Made by a program: the position numbers and the translations under genes. Under the pieces are notes generated by a model. That model did no database searches. It was not told the origin of the DNA and saw only the letters and a program-made list of their open reading frames with translations. Positions 1-13,702 of a stretch of DNA of 52,873 nt are shown here, piece by piece. Within the stretch, counting starts at the first letter, position 1. Every line of letters begins with the position of its first letter. This DNA is from Dimargaris cristalligena (taxonomy: Eukaryota): assembly GCA_003614675.1 (NCBI GenBank), contig ML002268.1:1-52873 (forward strand), given 5' to 3'.

Positions 1-52
1 GAGCGTGAGACTCTTAATCTCAAGGTTGCGGGTTCGACCCCCGCATTGGGCT
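1..52 (+). tRNA. tRNA-Lys(CTT), 5' end truncated by the window edge
   Basis: Anticodon arm TGAGA-CT[CTT]AA-TCTCA (6-22) and T arm GCGGG-TTCGACC-CCCGC. The 3' acceptor strand ends ...TTGGGC and is followed by T runs (Pol III terminator). Confidence 0.93.
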
Positions 53-1068
53 TTTCTTTTTGTATTTTTGTTCTCGATTACCGCTATGTGTTGGTAAATG
101 GACGATTGGGTTTGTAGAGGTTAAAGGACGGATGAGACATTGAAAAAAAATAATTGATACCATCTACTTGTATTAGCAAGTGTTATTGTTGTTATATAGT
201 TGAATCTAGGGGAGATCACCTATTAGTTATAATCGAGTTTGTCCTATTATTCTGCTGTGCCCTATGCTTATTACAATTGTATGTGCCCATGCTGTGCCTT
301 TTTTCTTGGAATCGAGTAAATAGATACTTATACAAGATCGAATGGTTGTAGCTTAACCCTTGTTTAGGGGAATCCTCCCATATCGGTTATGGAGGTCAGG
401 CAAACAACTAGACAGGAGTTGCCAGGTGTATTAGACGGGGGGGGATTGTCGGCAACCTCTCCTCTCCCTTTAGGTCCCCAGGGTCTGTTTACATTCTCTT
501 GGGCAGTAAATAGGTGGAGGAGGAGGTAGCGAAACTCTGGGAGCAATTTGGACTGTGCTTGCTGTGATGGTTCAGTGTCAGAGCCCAGTTGAGCCTGCAA
601 GCGGTGGGGTTATGGCCTACCAAACTTAAAACTCCGTGTCACCACCACTACTCACCTCGTTTATACACAGGCGCGTCGTTTGGGAGTCAAGGGAGGCTGT
701 ACATTATTGATTTTACTCAAACACCTATCCTATCCTATGCCTTTGTATTTATTCCATTCACTTTTAGCACCTTTATATATATATATATATATTCTAGTTT
801 ATTTAGGTCAGCAAGTCCGATTGAATGGTGTCTACAGGTGATCTAGTTTAACGAAACACGCCCCCTTTGGTTGAACTTCGGCGACTTGTTTGTTTATTTT
901 TAAAAGCACCCATTCCTTTTTTGTTATTCTCATTTAACCGGCACCATACCCTCGGCGGGTCCATTCTTGTTACCTTTTACTACGCAATACCCTTGTTATT
1001 ATATAACCCCCTCCTCCCTCTTTCATTCGCGTCATTCGAGTGGTCCTAACCTCCCTGCATTGCTCCAT

Positions 1069-3533
1069 ATGGTCTACATAACCCCCGAGCAGTATGACGA
1101 AGCTTACCAAAAGATAGTCGACGATGCCGTAGGGCGGCATGGCTCGGTACTTATTCTCGTTTCCGCTGACCCTGACGCGCTATGCGCACTGAAAGTCCTC
1201 CTGACCCTACTCAAAGACGATTCGGTGACCTACCACATGATCCCCGTCGCCGGCTACGATGACCTCCGGCGAGTCAATCGCGTATGGTTCCACGGCGGAG
1301 CTAGAACCCACGGATCGGGCACCGTCCAAGGTCCCACCAACCCTGAGCTGCGGAGCGTCATTTGCCTGAACTGCGGTGGCACGGCTGACCTGGCCGAACT
1401 ATTCGATATTCCCGAATTGGTCACCTTTTATGTCATTGACTGCCACCGGCCATTTTACCTCTACAATCTATTTAGTCACCCGCAAATCATTGTGTTTGAT
1501 GACGGGGAAACCGACGAGGGCCTCGAAATTGTAAAACAGGCCTTTTTCCGCCTCGAAAATGGGGCACCTGCCCCTGCGGAAGCCCTCCGGGAATCCGGTC
1601 CGCCTAAACGTAGCCGCTCACCGGGGTCCCAATCCGACGAAGAAGTCGATGATGGCGAGGGTAGCGATACCGGCCGTTCCCCGCCGGCACGCCGGCGTCG
1701 CACTGGCACCGATTCAGATGTCGCCGCTGGTCCGGGGGCCGCCGATGGGGACGAGCCCCTCAATCCGGACGGGGATACAAACGAGGTGGATCCTGATCGG
1801 GTGGACCTCTCCGACCTGTCCCCCGGGGCCTGTCGGCACATTATTGCCGAGTATTACGAGCAGGGCCATTACGCAGGGCAGTCCACGGCCGTCACTCTGT
1901 ATATGCTGTCCCTGCAACTATCGCGGGAGAACCCGGACATGCTGTGGTATGCCATCGTGGGGCTAACCCATCAGTTTATTTTCGAACAAATCGACGAAGA
2001 GGACTACTGGAGTCAGGTGCAGGTCTATACCGACGAAGTAGAACGTGTTTTCCCCGCACTGGTTCACCCCGACAACGGCACTTCGGACTCGGGTCTCGAT
2101 TTAACCCAATTCGGGGGAGGAGACATTTTGCTGGGCGGTGATTCTAAAAAAACTGATCAGGACACTATGGAGGGCGGCACCATGAGTCGGACTTCGACCG
2201 AAGTGGCCCTACCGGTGGAGGACACGGCTGCCCCCTCTAGCTCGTCGTCGCTCAACATGCATGTCAAACGGGTTACTCAGCCCAACGGGATTCGGTACTC
2301 GGAGGAGTTTAAGTTCATGCTGCTGCGGCACTGGTCACTGTACAATAGTATGCATTACTCCCGCTATCTATCCACTCGGCTGGGCATCTGGAGTGATCGC
2401 GGCCGTCGCCTGCTCAGCCTCATGCTCGCCAAAATGGGGTTCTCGCTCAGTGACGCCCACCAAATTTACATACACATGTCGCCTGAAAACAAGACCCGGC
2501 TGCGTACTAAACTGGACCAAGTGGCCCCGGATTACGGCTGCGATGACCTGGTATTTCCATCGTTCGTGCGGTCCTTTGGTTGGCGAAAGGGATCACAATT
2601 ATCCGCTAGCGATGTAGTCCACAGTTTGGTGGCCCTTCTTAAAGGTGCGGGCACCCAGGACATTGCCTCGTTCCATGATGGTCAGGCTCGGGCCGCTGCC
2701 ATGAACGGAGGCGCTCCGGGATCTGCACCGCCGTCCGCAGGCAACGAAAGCCAGTCGGACTGGCAGGGTATCGTTCCTTGGCGGGCGGCCCCGGATGGAC
2801 CGTCGGGCGATGTCTTGGCCCCACCTACAAAGTCTGAGCAGGACACAGCCTGGCTGCAGGGCTTTTACACCGCCTATGATTCTCTAGGGGATTTGGATCT
2901 CATCCAGAGTGGTATCCAGCTCGCGATGAAATTCCAGCGGGCTATTGTTCAACAAGGCATCTCCATTATTGAGCGCCGCTCGGTCAAAACCCTCAAGTCC
3001 TTCCGGTTGGCCGTGCTTACCGATAACCAACCCCTGTTCCACCATCCCCTAACACTGACCCAGCTTGTCATGTTTTTGGCCGACGCTACCCAAAACCACC
3101 AAAATCACAAACGAAGTGCCTCACTTCCCTTTGTCATTGCATCCTTTAACCCCATCAAGAATACTTACCTCGTGGTGGGCCTACTTGGCGATACCCATGG
3201 CCCCAACAAGAAAAGCTCGTCGGATACTCCCGGTGATCATCACAAGTAAGTCAGAAAACTACCCTTTGGGTTTGTAAATGGCCGTTTAGAACTGCCCGTA
3301 ATATTGATTGTTTGGTAGGGGAAAGGGCAAACAAACCAAGATAATACTAACTGAAGATGTATCTGTCTTTTTTAACCACTCATCTATTTTTAAGTCCCTT
3401 TGGAGTAGCATTCCAGAAAACAGCTGAACGAACCGGTGCGCGGACCAAGCACGATAGCTTCGAGAGTTCCGTGGTCGAAATTGTTGGACCGGACCTTTCC
3501 AACTTCGTCGAATATCTCCATCTGTACCTGTAA
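1069..3533 (+). CDS. CDC45: DNA replication initiation factor Cdc45 (CMG helicase); exons 1069-3245 and 3395-3533
   Basis: Motifs include VLILVSADPDALCA, FYVIDCHRP, MLWYAIVGLT, EEFKFMLLRHWSLYNSM, LAKMGFSL and GFYTAYDSL. A GTAAGT...TAAG intron (3246-3394) joins to the conserved C-terminus NPFGVAFQKTAERTGARTKHDSFESSVVEI...FVEYLHLYL*. Confidence 0.96.
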
Positions 3534-4679
3534 CCATAAATGCCGAGCTCCTCATTTCCTCCACCCATTCTATACACCTGTAATCCTTTCGCTTTCGGCA
3601 TTATTGCCGAATGTCCCGGGATTTACGTTGCGCCATATTGTTGCCTTATTCTCCTAAACGACCTTGCACCATCTCCAATACACTCAGTAATTGCTTGGTC
3701 AAAATTATGCGATCCGGGTCCACTACCAATGAATCTAGATGACAAATGTTTGCCCCAGTACGGTATTAATGGAATGTTATTTAATATTTGCATCTATAAA
3801 TTAAAAAATAAATGAACATATTAGTTAACCGTAAAGTTGGCTGATAATTCCACATCCCGGCAGTATCCCGGGAAACCATTAAGTCATGGACCGCTTGTTA
3901 CAATAGTATATTTTAATCCTTGACATGACCCAATTTGAACGGGCCTACTGGAATAGGGTATTTTCTCAACTCGCGCCATGTGATGAACCTCATTGTTAGT
4001 GAGAAACGGTTGCTTAACTATGCCATATCCAGTAACTGGCTATGCCTTAGTCACTGCTCGCTATTTATTAAATACCCTGGTTAAAGTAGCTTTTGAAGGG
4101 TATGCGCAACTGGCTTCGAAGGGTTTAATGTCAACCACATGGGCTATTCACCCCACTGATATATGTATTAAAGACCACATTACTTCAGCTCTAACCGTGT
4201 ATACTATTCACCCCTCTTTACCAGCTGCCCTCGGTTGAGTATTATACTCCCTGTCAATTCGGTTAGCCTTCCCCCTGCTGACTACTACTCTCCCTATTAC
4301 CTGTATTCTTTTGGCTCAACAATACAACCACTTCCCCCCTTACTGTTTTTCCTAATCCAGAAAGCCCAATGACTTACGTGCTGTCGTTAACCAGCCTCAC
4401 CACCATTCCCTGGTAACTGGTTCTGTCAACAACAACCGCCGGATATTTATCACTTACTTCACCTTCATCAGCCAGACCCCACTGCCGATTTGTACACCAG
4501 CCCCTCCTTCCCTCTCCTTAGTCCAGTCCTCTTCTCCGCCGCTTCTCTGTTTCTATTTGGGCCGGACTCGATTCGTCCGTGCTAGCCACTAATTGGGATA
4601 TTCCGTAGCGCATCTCAATTGCCATTACGTTCAACCCCATCGTTACACCTGGCTGATTCAGCGCAGCGAAAGAGTGCCC

Positions 4680-7600
4680 ATGCAGAACCGGGACTCGCCC
4701 CGACTGGCGCCAACCAGTCAGCAGCTACCGCCGCCACCACCACCACTACAACCACAGCAACACGGCTCCTTCATTACTCCCATTCCACGAACCCCCTTGA
4801 CTCCCGTGTTCCAGCCCAACTACCGGCGTCGCAGCCGTAGTGAAAGTCACTATCCCGATGTCACCCAGCCCAATTCGCGCATTCACTGGACGGACGATGA
4901 CCGGAGTCAGACCGGACCACCGCTCCCTACATTGTCAGCCAAACAGACTACCGAAAAACTGCTCAAGGTAGGTTATATTCCCTTGGGGACCCAAGGCCGG
5001 GTCACCACTTTGCTCCTTAACATCATTATTTCGACTGGCGAAATCTGTATGACCTAACAGTGACAGTCCATCGAATCACTGGTATATACTTATATTTTAT
5101 TAAACTCACCATATCCCGTCCATTTGGTCGACCATTTACTTTTCTACTCCTTTATTTGTAGAAAATCGAAATCGAAAACAATATTAAAAAGGCCGCCCAG
5201 GCTATGCTCCAGGCCTACAACTCGGGGAAAAAACATGACCCCTTGTCCAAACGTCAGGTCGAGTTGCAGGTCAGCGACTCTATTCGGAATATTGCTAATC
5301 TCCAATGGCAGGTTGATCACATTGAAGGGTTTTCCAGTCGAGGTAAGTACCGACTATATTTACAAGCCGGCCCCATGATATCACAGAATCGCCAGCATCG
5401 CATCAAATCCCACCTACATCGTTCCAGGAGACGTGAGTAAACACCTTGCGTGTTCAAATATGTATATTTCATTGCCGAGACTAACGCACTACACATGTAT
5501 TGCCATTTCATTTCATTTCCCCTCATGGTCTATATGGCCTCTCATGCTTTATGATCTAGAAAACCAACTAGTCCAAAGTGAAACCATTGCCCCACAAACG
5601 ACCATTTTGAGCCCCGTGTTTTCCGAGCCAGGTGAGTGAAAACTAGGAAAATAATCAAACCTCCCAGTAAATTTATTTAGCTATAGTTTACAATGTTAAA
5701 GTAACTATTACCACCGCGACCCAGCGTGCGTTGGTAGTAACTGACAACCTCTGTGGCTATTTCTTTTAACTCGTTTAGGAAACGCATGTGTGACAGTGGA
5801 TATACTTCTTCTAATTATTAACCGCACTAGCCGCCACACGTGCATGCTGCTTTTCCCCATTTCTGCCCCGCTAACTCAGAGATACCCGAGGCCGAATTCG
5901 ACGTCCCGGACTTTGTCGCCACATTCGATCAGCAATTTGTTAATATGTCTGACCAGGCCCTTCTCACATCACTCGATCTCCTCTTCAAGGCTTTGTTGAG
6001 GCGTCAACAGTCGCAGCTGCTTTATCGTCCCGAAATGCTCAAGTAAGCCATACCACATCCATTATCGTCGGCGGCTTATTGTCATTGATATAGTAAATTA
6101 CCTAGCATACGAACCGTATAGCTTACTTCCCTAGTCAACGTGTATAGTTTGGTAATATGATTTAATCTCTACTGACACTTGCCAAAATCAACATTATATA
6201 TCATTTCAATTGCATAACGGCCTAGACGAATCGTTAAATGCCTATCGCACAGCTCTTGGCGAATCCGAGCCCAGTGTTATAAAATTCTCCGGAATCTGGA
6301 GGTTAATTGGGACGAGCTGAATAACAATGACTATTTCGAGTTTTTAATCATGAGGTAAGCCTATCCATCACATTGCTGCTTTTTTAGTACCTCTACACGA
6401 CTATGCTCTGGCAGTAAATTTAGGCGTATAGTCGGTGCTAATATTATTGGTCGACTAACCTCTAATCGTGCTGGGTTATGATATTCTATCTCAATGGTCG
6501 GCTCTGTTTTTGTTTTATCAAGATCACTTGTGTTCGAAGATGGCGTTCAAGGCGAACGGGAGCAGGCCCTGAAGTTCCTCAGACTGACCATCCCGCGCTC
6601 CCAAATGTTTCGCCGCGAGGGCTTTATCCGCATGATAGTCGCCATCACCGAACGCACGGAAGATAAACTTCGCAATATTTCTATTTTGACCCTGTGTGAG
6701 CTAAGTAAGTAGTCTGACTTTAGGAATCCATTAAAGCCTTGCCTATATTTTATACCACCGGGGAACGATTTTTTTCCTCTTAAAGAGTGGCCCGGGCTCC
6801 ATTAGTCAATGATAGAGACTGGGCGATCACTTTAAACTAACCAATAATCCGACTGGTTCCTCGTTGAACTCCGTATAATAACCTTGTAGTGGTATGTTTC
6901 CCAGAATTAGTTATTCGAGCTGGTGCTATCCGAGCACTTAACGCAGCCGCCAACGATGGCCCTTGGGATATTAGCCGTTCGGTGGTCTATACTCTTGCAT
7001 TCACATTGGACCGGCCCTGCAGTCGCCAGTTCGTTTATTTGGGCATGGATCTTGAAGTAAGTTATTCACTTTATATCCCAAATTAATATATATTACGCAA
7101 TTATATCTTGATGCTGCATCAATACCGACAAATCAGTGCGATTTTATTATCCATATAAACGACCACTCGCTAATAGCCGCGCTGCTATTCAATCTGACAT
7201 CTTGCTGTTTATACCCCCCTCTCCCATATCAAGTCGCTGCTGGTGAGTATCCATGAAACCTACAATCGGGCGGCTATCCAAGAAGACAAGGTTAAAATAT
7301 CTGCTGGCATCATCGCCACGATTCTTAACTGCTGGCCAGGTAAGTCCATCGACCTCGCCCATACCCGCCACAGTTTACGATTAACTAATATATACCTTAC
7401 CTACTGTAATTTAGTCCGCCGCACCAACTGTTTGGCCTACATATTCAACGTCCCTTCCTCTGCACTGTCTCGCTGACTGTATCTTACATCACAATTACTA
7501 TCCCCTTAGGTGTTCATTATCTTATGTCCAACAATGGTCGAACCTTTCAGTCCCTCACTGATGCCCTCAATACCACTCCGAAATCCGTTCAAATGGCCCT

Positions 7601-10600
7601 ACTTCGCATGCTCTACCACCTGTTTGGCGTACCTAAAATGCCCGTCGACAGGCCAAGCTCCGACGACGATGTCCCTCGGGACCAGCTTTCGGAATTGGAA
7701 GAGTTACTAGCGTTACCAAACGGATTTCCCCGACCCCTCCATACGTCATTCAATATGTCTAATTTGCAGCGAACCATATTACTTATCTACTTTATCGACG
7801 CTGGACTATTTAATGTAAGTCTATTCGTGGGTGTACTCCTCAATAGCGATGGTTACGCCATCTCAGCTGTAGCTGGTACTTCTACAGACATAATCGGCTA
7901 GTTAGGTGCCTTTTCGTAAAATGTCGAGAGGTGTTCGACTAGACACCCACATGGATTTATCTATTTGGCATAGTTTAATTTGGTTACTTACCCACAGCCC
8001 ACTCTATATCATTCACCCTTATTGTTATTATAGAATCTTGTCAATTTGGCACTGGACAAGGACAGTGAATTGTCCCGTACCGCAATCTACCTTGCCTACT
8101 ATCTCTTGCAAGCAGCCAAGGTCCCCCTGCCCTATAATTACGTTCTGAAAACCCAGGAAATACCCGCCATCTTTCAGGCATCCTTCGATTTTGAACAGGG
8201 GGCCAAGCGGCATGAAGCGGCCGACGTTTTAACCTCATTAGAGGACCATGGCGTGGTTCAGACCCACAAACCGTCTTTAGAGTCTAGGTAATTCCTCGTA
8301 TGTTTTATTTCTTGCATTGACTGTACTCACCCTTTGGGGACTAACTGGCCATATTTTATTGGCTGTCTTTCCATTTGATACTCTCTTGTACAACGTATAA
8401 CCTAAAGAAATGCGAATGACTTGGTCCTGTTTGGCTGCTAACACTCTTTTATTTATTTTTTGGCTTGGTGCCTTACAACCTTCATGAAACTGTGCCAGTG
8501 TTGTACCTCGTGCCCCTTCAGCCTATCAGAGGAAAATGCTAAGGCATGTTAAACAGCGTTTAACCACCCAGTACGACGAGATGGAAGCCAAGACATTATT
8601 GACGGAGAGTCAGGTACGATCAATGAGGCTCATGTACCCTTTAGTTTCTACTTTGACTGGCAAGGCAACTGGTTTATCCCGATCGAGGACTGTTCAACCA
8701 TCTGTTCTACCTATAGACTAACCAGCCCGCTTGACTCTTTGGATGCTTAATCTATTGCCGTAACTAGGTATTAACTGAAACCGAGTATACATCGTGGAAC
8801 TGGGGCATAATTGATGAGCTTCTATCGGGACCTTTCTCGAATGCTTATCGCATCGAGGATGCTCTCAAGAATTATCAGTTTTTCCCTCTTCTTAGCAGTT
8901 TCTTCTGCCCCAACAATGGACACTTTCCCAAACTACCGTCTCTCAAGGTACGTCCTAGATCTCCCCCTTTTCTGTAAAGAACCCCTCCCTCTGCTACGAC
9001 ATGACCCGAATTGTGGGCATATATTTCATCGTCCTGGTATTCCCAGGCTGACTCTTCAAACGATTTAAATCGTCGAACAAAATACCATGTAATATAGCCC
9101 GGTAACTATTTACGTGTCGCCTCTTCCCTAGGTGTGGTAACATGTTCTAAATTCCTCATATCCAAAATCCCAAATTCCAACTCGCCTCCTTCCATATCCT
9201 CCCCCCTATATATCACTGTTTAGTCCAATCGTCGATTTGTCCAAACTGGCTGCATGATGCTTGAAAGTCTACTGGCTACCAACGAAGGCTTTCTCTGGCT
9301 CCAAGAGAGCGAGTTTCTAGGCAATATCCGGGATCACTTGGAAGCCCTCACGCCAGTAAGTCTATAGCCATAGAGTATTATTTCCTTGGTGTTCCTAATA
9401 CTACACTATGACGACCGACTTACTAGCACCAGCAATCGCCCGTCTCACCCGCCTGATTCTAATACATACGTAACATTTGTTAATTTACTTACATAGATGA
9501 GTAATGTCACCATCGCCGACAACATTTTCAGCAAATCCAAGCTGCGCAACACTCTCTCATTTGGTTATTTTAAATTTATTAATGTTCTAAGCAAGAAACC
9601 AAATGGTGTAAGGTACGTCAAGCGGTGGTTTTATGTGCTATTTATCTAATAGCCGAGCATGCCTATTCATTTTTAAATCCTTAGCAATATCGGTCTGGGT
9701 AATTATACCTATATATATTCCGCCAATTGGGCCCAATCCTGACCGTACCGAAGGGTTTTGGCCTTTACTGGGATATGTCTTGAGAAATTTTCTCATCTGG
9801 ATACAAACTGACTATTTCGCATGTTTCCTATACGTATACCGTCTTCATTATTGTCAACTTCGCAGACTTCTCGAACACTTCTCCTTTTACCATTTATTTT
9901 ACATACTGGCTCAGATGCGTTCGCAGGACGATGTCATCAAAGGCTTACTGACCCATATGGACTACCACAAGTAAGTTGCCCTTTTTTGCTGTCTAAACTG
10001 CCAAAGCCTGGCGCGGTTTGGTGCTTTTCACTTGGTTACGGCTACGCCCCCCCCCCCCGAATAATCAGGCTCCACTTTCCTAAACAACATTGGAATATTT
10101 AATGGATTACCCCCAGAAACGTATACCATTATCTGCAGGTGTCGAGAGGCCGATTGAATTTCGAATCGCTGATTAACCATTTTCTTTATTCTGTGCTACT
10201 GTAATCCATTGGTATGTACCTCCTAGTAATGGTCACCCCCGAGTCATCTTGTCCCAGGTTATGACCATGGCCAATACCAAGCTGCGCACTTTTGCCACGC
10301 AATATTTGGGCCAGATACTGGCCACTAGTGTTCCCGACTTTGCCACCTGGGGCGTCCCGATGCTAATGTTCCAGATGTATGATCCCACACAGGAGGTCCA
10401 GAAGATTGCCCTCGGCCTACTACTTCAAGTGTGCCAGGACGAGCGATGCCTAGAAAGCCTCATTAGCGCCCGTCCCAATTTTGATCACTTTGGCGACTCT
10501 TGGCATCAATTACGGCTCTTGCTTGTCGGGGTTCCACAGGGGTTCTTACTCCTACAGACTCTCCATACCCCCCAGTTTGGACGGTCAACCACAACCGACG

Positions 10601-12417
10601 AACCGGTACATCAGCTAGCCCAGCAGTGGATGACGACTGGTAACCGTGATTACGCAGCCCGTTTGGAAATCAACATGTCGGAATTCAATACTGGCGACGA
10701 GCTATTTCTTACCGAGCGCGATTTTGAGTATGACCATTCGCAGTCTTCGAGGGCGGAGACAGGCCGACCCCAGCAGCGAGCTTTCCATGCACCCCTTCAT
10801 CTGTTTGGACAACTAGTCAAGACCCCGGCCGGGCGGTCGCTAATCATTGAAAACGGACATCTCGACCGCCTAGTGGCCCAGCTCAAAAACTACGACGTTG
10901 ATTTATCGAACGCTGCCTCCCTGCTGGAGGTCAAGGGTGCGCTGTGGGCCTTGGCTAACATGTGCCACTGTGAAAACGGGGCCGAGCTAGTGCAGGAGCG
11001 TGGGGTCATCAACCTGATGGTGGAGCTATTCCAAACCTCTCCCGTATGTAACCTGCGTGGCCTGGTCCTTAACGCCCTGGGTATGGTGGCCCTATCGTCC
11101 GTTGGGCGCCAGGCGCTTCAGGTAAAGGGCTGGACCCCTATGTTCAGTTTTAACGAAAACCAGATCCTCTATTTCCTCCCCCCCGACCTCACCCAGGCCC
11201 TTAGTGTGGAGAAATGGAGGGACTTGGAGGAGACCAATGATGGGAAGGACCACAGCACTACTTTGGAAAGTGGAGCTGGCCCCCAACCATCGCTCACCGA
11301 TTCGGAGGATACAACGGAAACCGATATCTTGCTGTCCATCGGGGCATTATGCAATAACGTATTGCAAGCCTCGGCGTGTAAGTCACTGATAGTTGCCCGC
11401 AATCGGCACGCGGAACTTTTCAGTTCCATGAAGTTCTGCCGGCGGGTGATGGACTTTATCGGCCATAACCACTTTCGGTTTAATGCGCGTCGGTTTATCG
11501 TCGACCTATTCGCTGTTGACCTAAGTGCCCACGTCCCCACCTTCCGTACCACGCAACCACCCCCGGGCAAATCGGGCATGACCCTCCAGCTGCGGAAATC
11601 GAAGCCCCTCCCCCCGCTCCTTCGGATGACCAACTCATTCTCATCCTCGCCGCTGGGTGGCGGGGGACCCCTGTCCGCCCTCCCCCCTGTTGGCACTTTC
11701 CCCCACCTGGCGGGCCAGCGTAATCGACGCCCTTCCCACCTGCGGACCCGGGCCGACCCGCATGCCCGACCCCGGTCGTCAAGTTTATCCAATTCAACGA
11801 CCATTTTACAGTCTATTGGGGAGCAGGAGCGCGAACCCCCGTCGGACCGACGCACATCCCGAGACCGCAGCGGTAGCGGAGGAAGTATCATGGCATCAAC
11901 CGGGTCGAACCTGCCCCCTCTGGTGGAAACCCAGGCCCACCCGCAGCCCCGCCCAGGGGGGGCTGTGGTCCAGGAGTCCGGTCGGCTCCCTAATGACCCT
12001 GTCCACCACCCCAGTTCCGGCCAGGGCTCCATCGTTTTGAAAAGCAAGCCCCCGCCTACCTTGACGCGACCCAGGGTTGATTCGGTGCCCACGACCCTAC
12101 CCTCGGCTTCCCTCCACCAGGAGGAACCCTTGGGTCGGTCACCGGGGTCAGGACCGGGGCCAGGGTCACGGTGGCGGTCACTGGCGGATGGTCCCGTACC
12201 CCCCACGGCGATACCGATTCACCGTAATCACTCTTCCCAGGTCGCGGGTTCTCGCTCTCGCGAGGCGATTCATTTATCCGATTTCCACTTCGCCGATGAC
12301 GGCAGTGTCCAAGGCGAAACACCACCACAATTTCGATCCTTCTCCCAATCAATGGTGAATATCCACCAGTCTCATGTCAGTGGACCCCACCGCCAAAGTA
12401 AACCGGAGGGTGCTTAG
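4680..12417 (+). CDS. RICTOR: TORC2 subunit Rictor (Avo3/Tsc11, S. pombe Ste20 type); multi-exon, large terminal exon ~10227-12417
   Basis: N-terminal HR1-like coiled segment KIEIENNIKKAAQAMLQAY (5162+). Rictor motifs EREQALKFLR, IVAITERTEDKLRNISILTLCEL, GHPRVILSQVM, HAPLHLFGQLVKT and EVKGALWALANM lie on exons bounded by GT/AG. The start codon and some small internal exons are uncertain. Confidence 0.9.
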
Positions 12418-13309
12418 ACCGAGCTCAGTGTCCATATTATCACCCTCACTTATGTTTTTGTTCCCCCGTTAGAGCCATGGGCTGGTTCGTTGGGTATATA
12501 CTTAATAAGATCGAGTTCATTTGACCGTACCTGCTACTGCTTGGGTTGATAAATATATATTCATATTGTTCATATAAACGATTTTCCCGCATCTTATGGG
12601 GACCATTCCGAAAGGGATGGCGTGGCTCGCACACCTTAATATTGCAGTTCTTTTAGATTACCTTATTTTTTTGAGGCCTCTCCACATGTTGCAAGACATT
12701 AACATGGCATGATTTGACGGCGCTCAATGTAAAAAGGTATTGCTAGTGGACATGGTATAGAAACAGGTGAACCAATCTAATTAGTCCAATATATTTGGTG
12801 CTATTTACTTCAACCGTTTAATATTTGCAATCAGCAATGGAGGGAAATATGGATATAAAGCCGAGTCAATGATGGAATGATAAAGAGCAAGAGTTCTGTT
12901 TATTGCACTGCCCTCATAATGGGAATTGGATGGTGCGGATTAAATAATGGCATTCTTTGATTGTCGTTTCATTTCCAGTGGCCTTCCGTGGACTAATGGT
13001 GCCACCCTTTTTTACGGGCATTAGGGAGTCTCTTGAGGGTCTCCTGTCGGCCATTAATGACGACAGCAATCGGCTATTAAGCCATGTGAAGTGCCGGGCG
13101 GAGTACGAAATATGCTCATTGGAGGAAGCCAGCTAAGCCGGACGGATTCCGGGTGATTGATATGCCAGAAGTCGGATATTCGCTGGGTATTGGTTGCTGA
13201 AAAGGTAAATCCGACAACTGTCAAGTGGTGGTTCACAGGGCCATACAAAGACTATTGGAGGCCAGAAACGACGAACAACGCGTAGGTGAATTCGAACCAG
13301 CTGCAATAG

Positions 13310-13702
13310 TTGGCAGGTCGCAAATCAAGAAACCTTACCCATGCAGAGAAGATGAGTATTCTTGGAGAACAGGGTTCGTATATTCCACGCTAGATACCCA
13401 ATAGTGCAGAAATAATCCCTGAGTAATAGAATCTATAGGTAATGACGGGTTATAGAAATGGCGTTAATCCAACTAACTACATAACACACGTGGGGGTAGA
13501 TTTAAGTACGGAGAGGATACGCGGGAAGGAAGATAACCTCACCCTTATGACCAAGCTAGGACTAACCCGCTCTCTTTTTTACGACTCTGCCAATGATGCA
13601 GTGCATAAGTATGGTATGGAAAACTTCATGGTATACCTAGAATTTCCGAGTCTCTATTATAATTTCCATATTCGCTGGTGCTTTACTGGCTACTGCCTTT
13701 AG
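13310..13702 (+). mobile_element. Possible highly decayed pogo/Tc5 (CENP-B-like) transposase N-terminal remnant
   Basis: Broken frames give GRKSRNLTHAEKMSIL (like the HTH start of CENP-B/pogo proteins) and LTRSLFYDSANDAVHKYGMENF...FHIRW (loosely like HTH_Tnp_Tc5). No DDE domain or TIRs recognised; this is a by-eye resemblance only. Confidence 0.2.

Noticed and set aside
364..600. 78-aa minus-strand ORF upstream of CDC45
   Set aside because: Short, non-ATG start, no homology recognised and no supporting splice structure.
967..1068. N-terminal extensions in the ORF track (CDC45 from 967, GH19 from 19273, SLD5 from 43843)
   Set aside because: They start at TTG codons in UTR-like sequence; the downstream ATGs match the conserved or signal-peptide N-termini.
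11169..12206. 345-aa antisense ORF over the Rictor tail (and similar antisense ORFs over EDE1, APL4 and CDC45)
   Set aside because: These are shadow ORFs of GC-rich, low-complexity coding sequence on the opposite strand, with no recognisable motifs.
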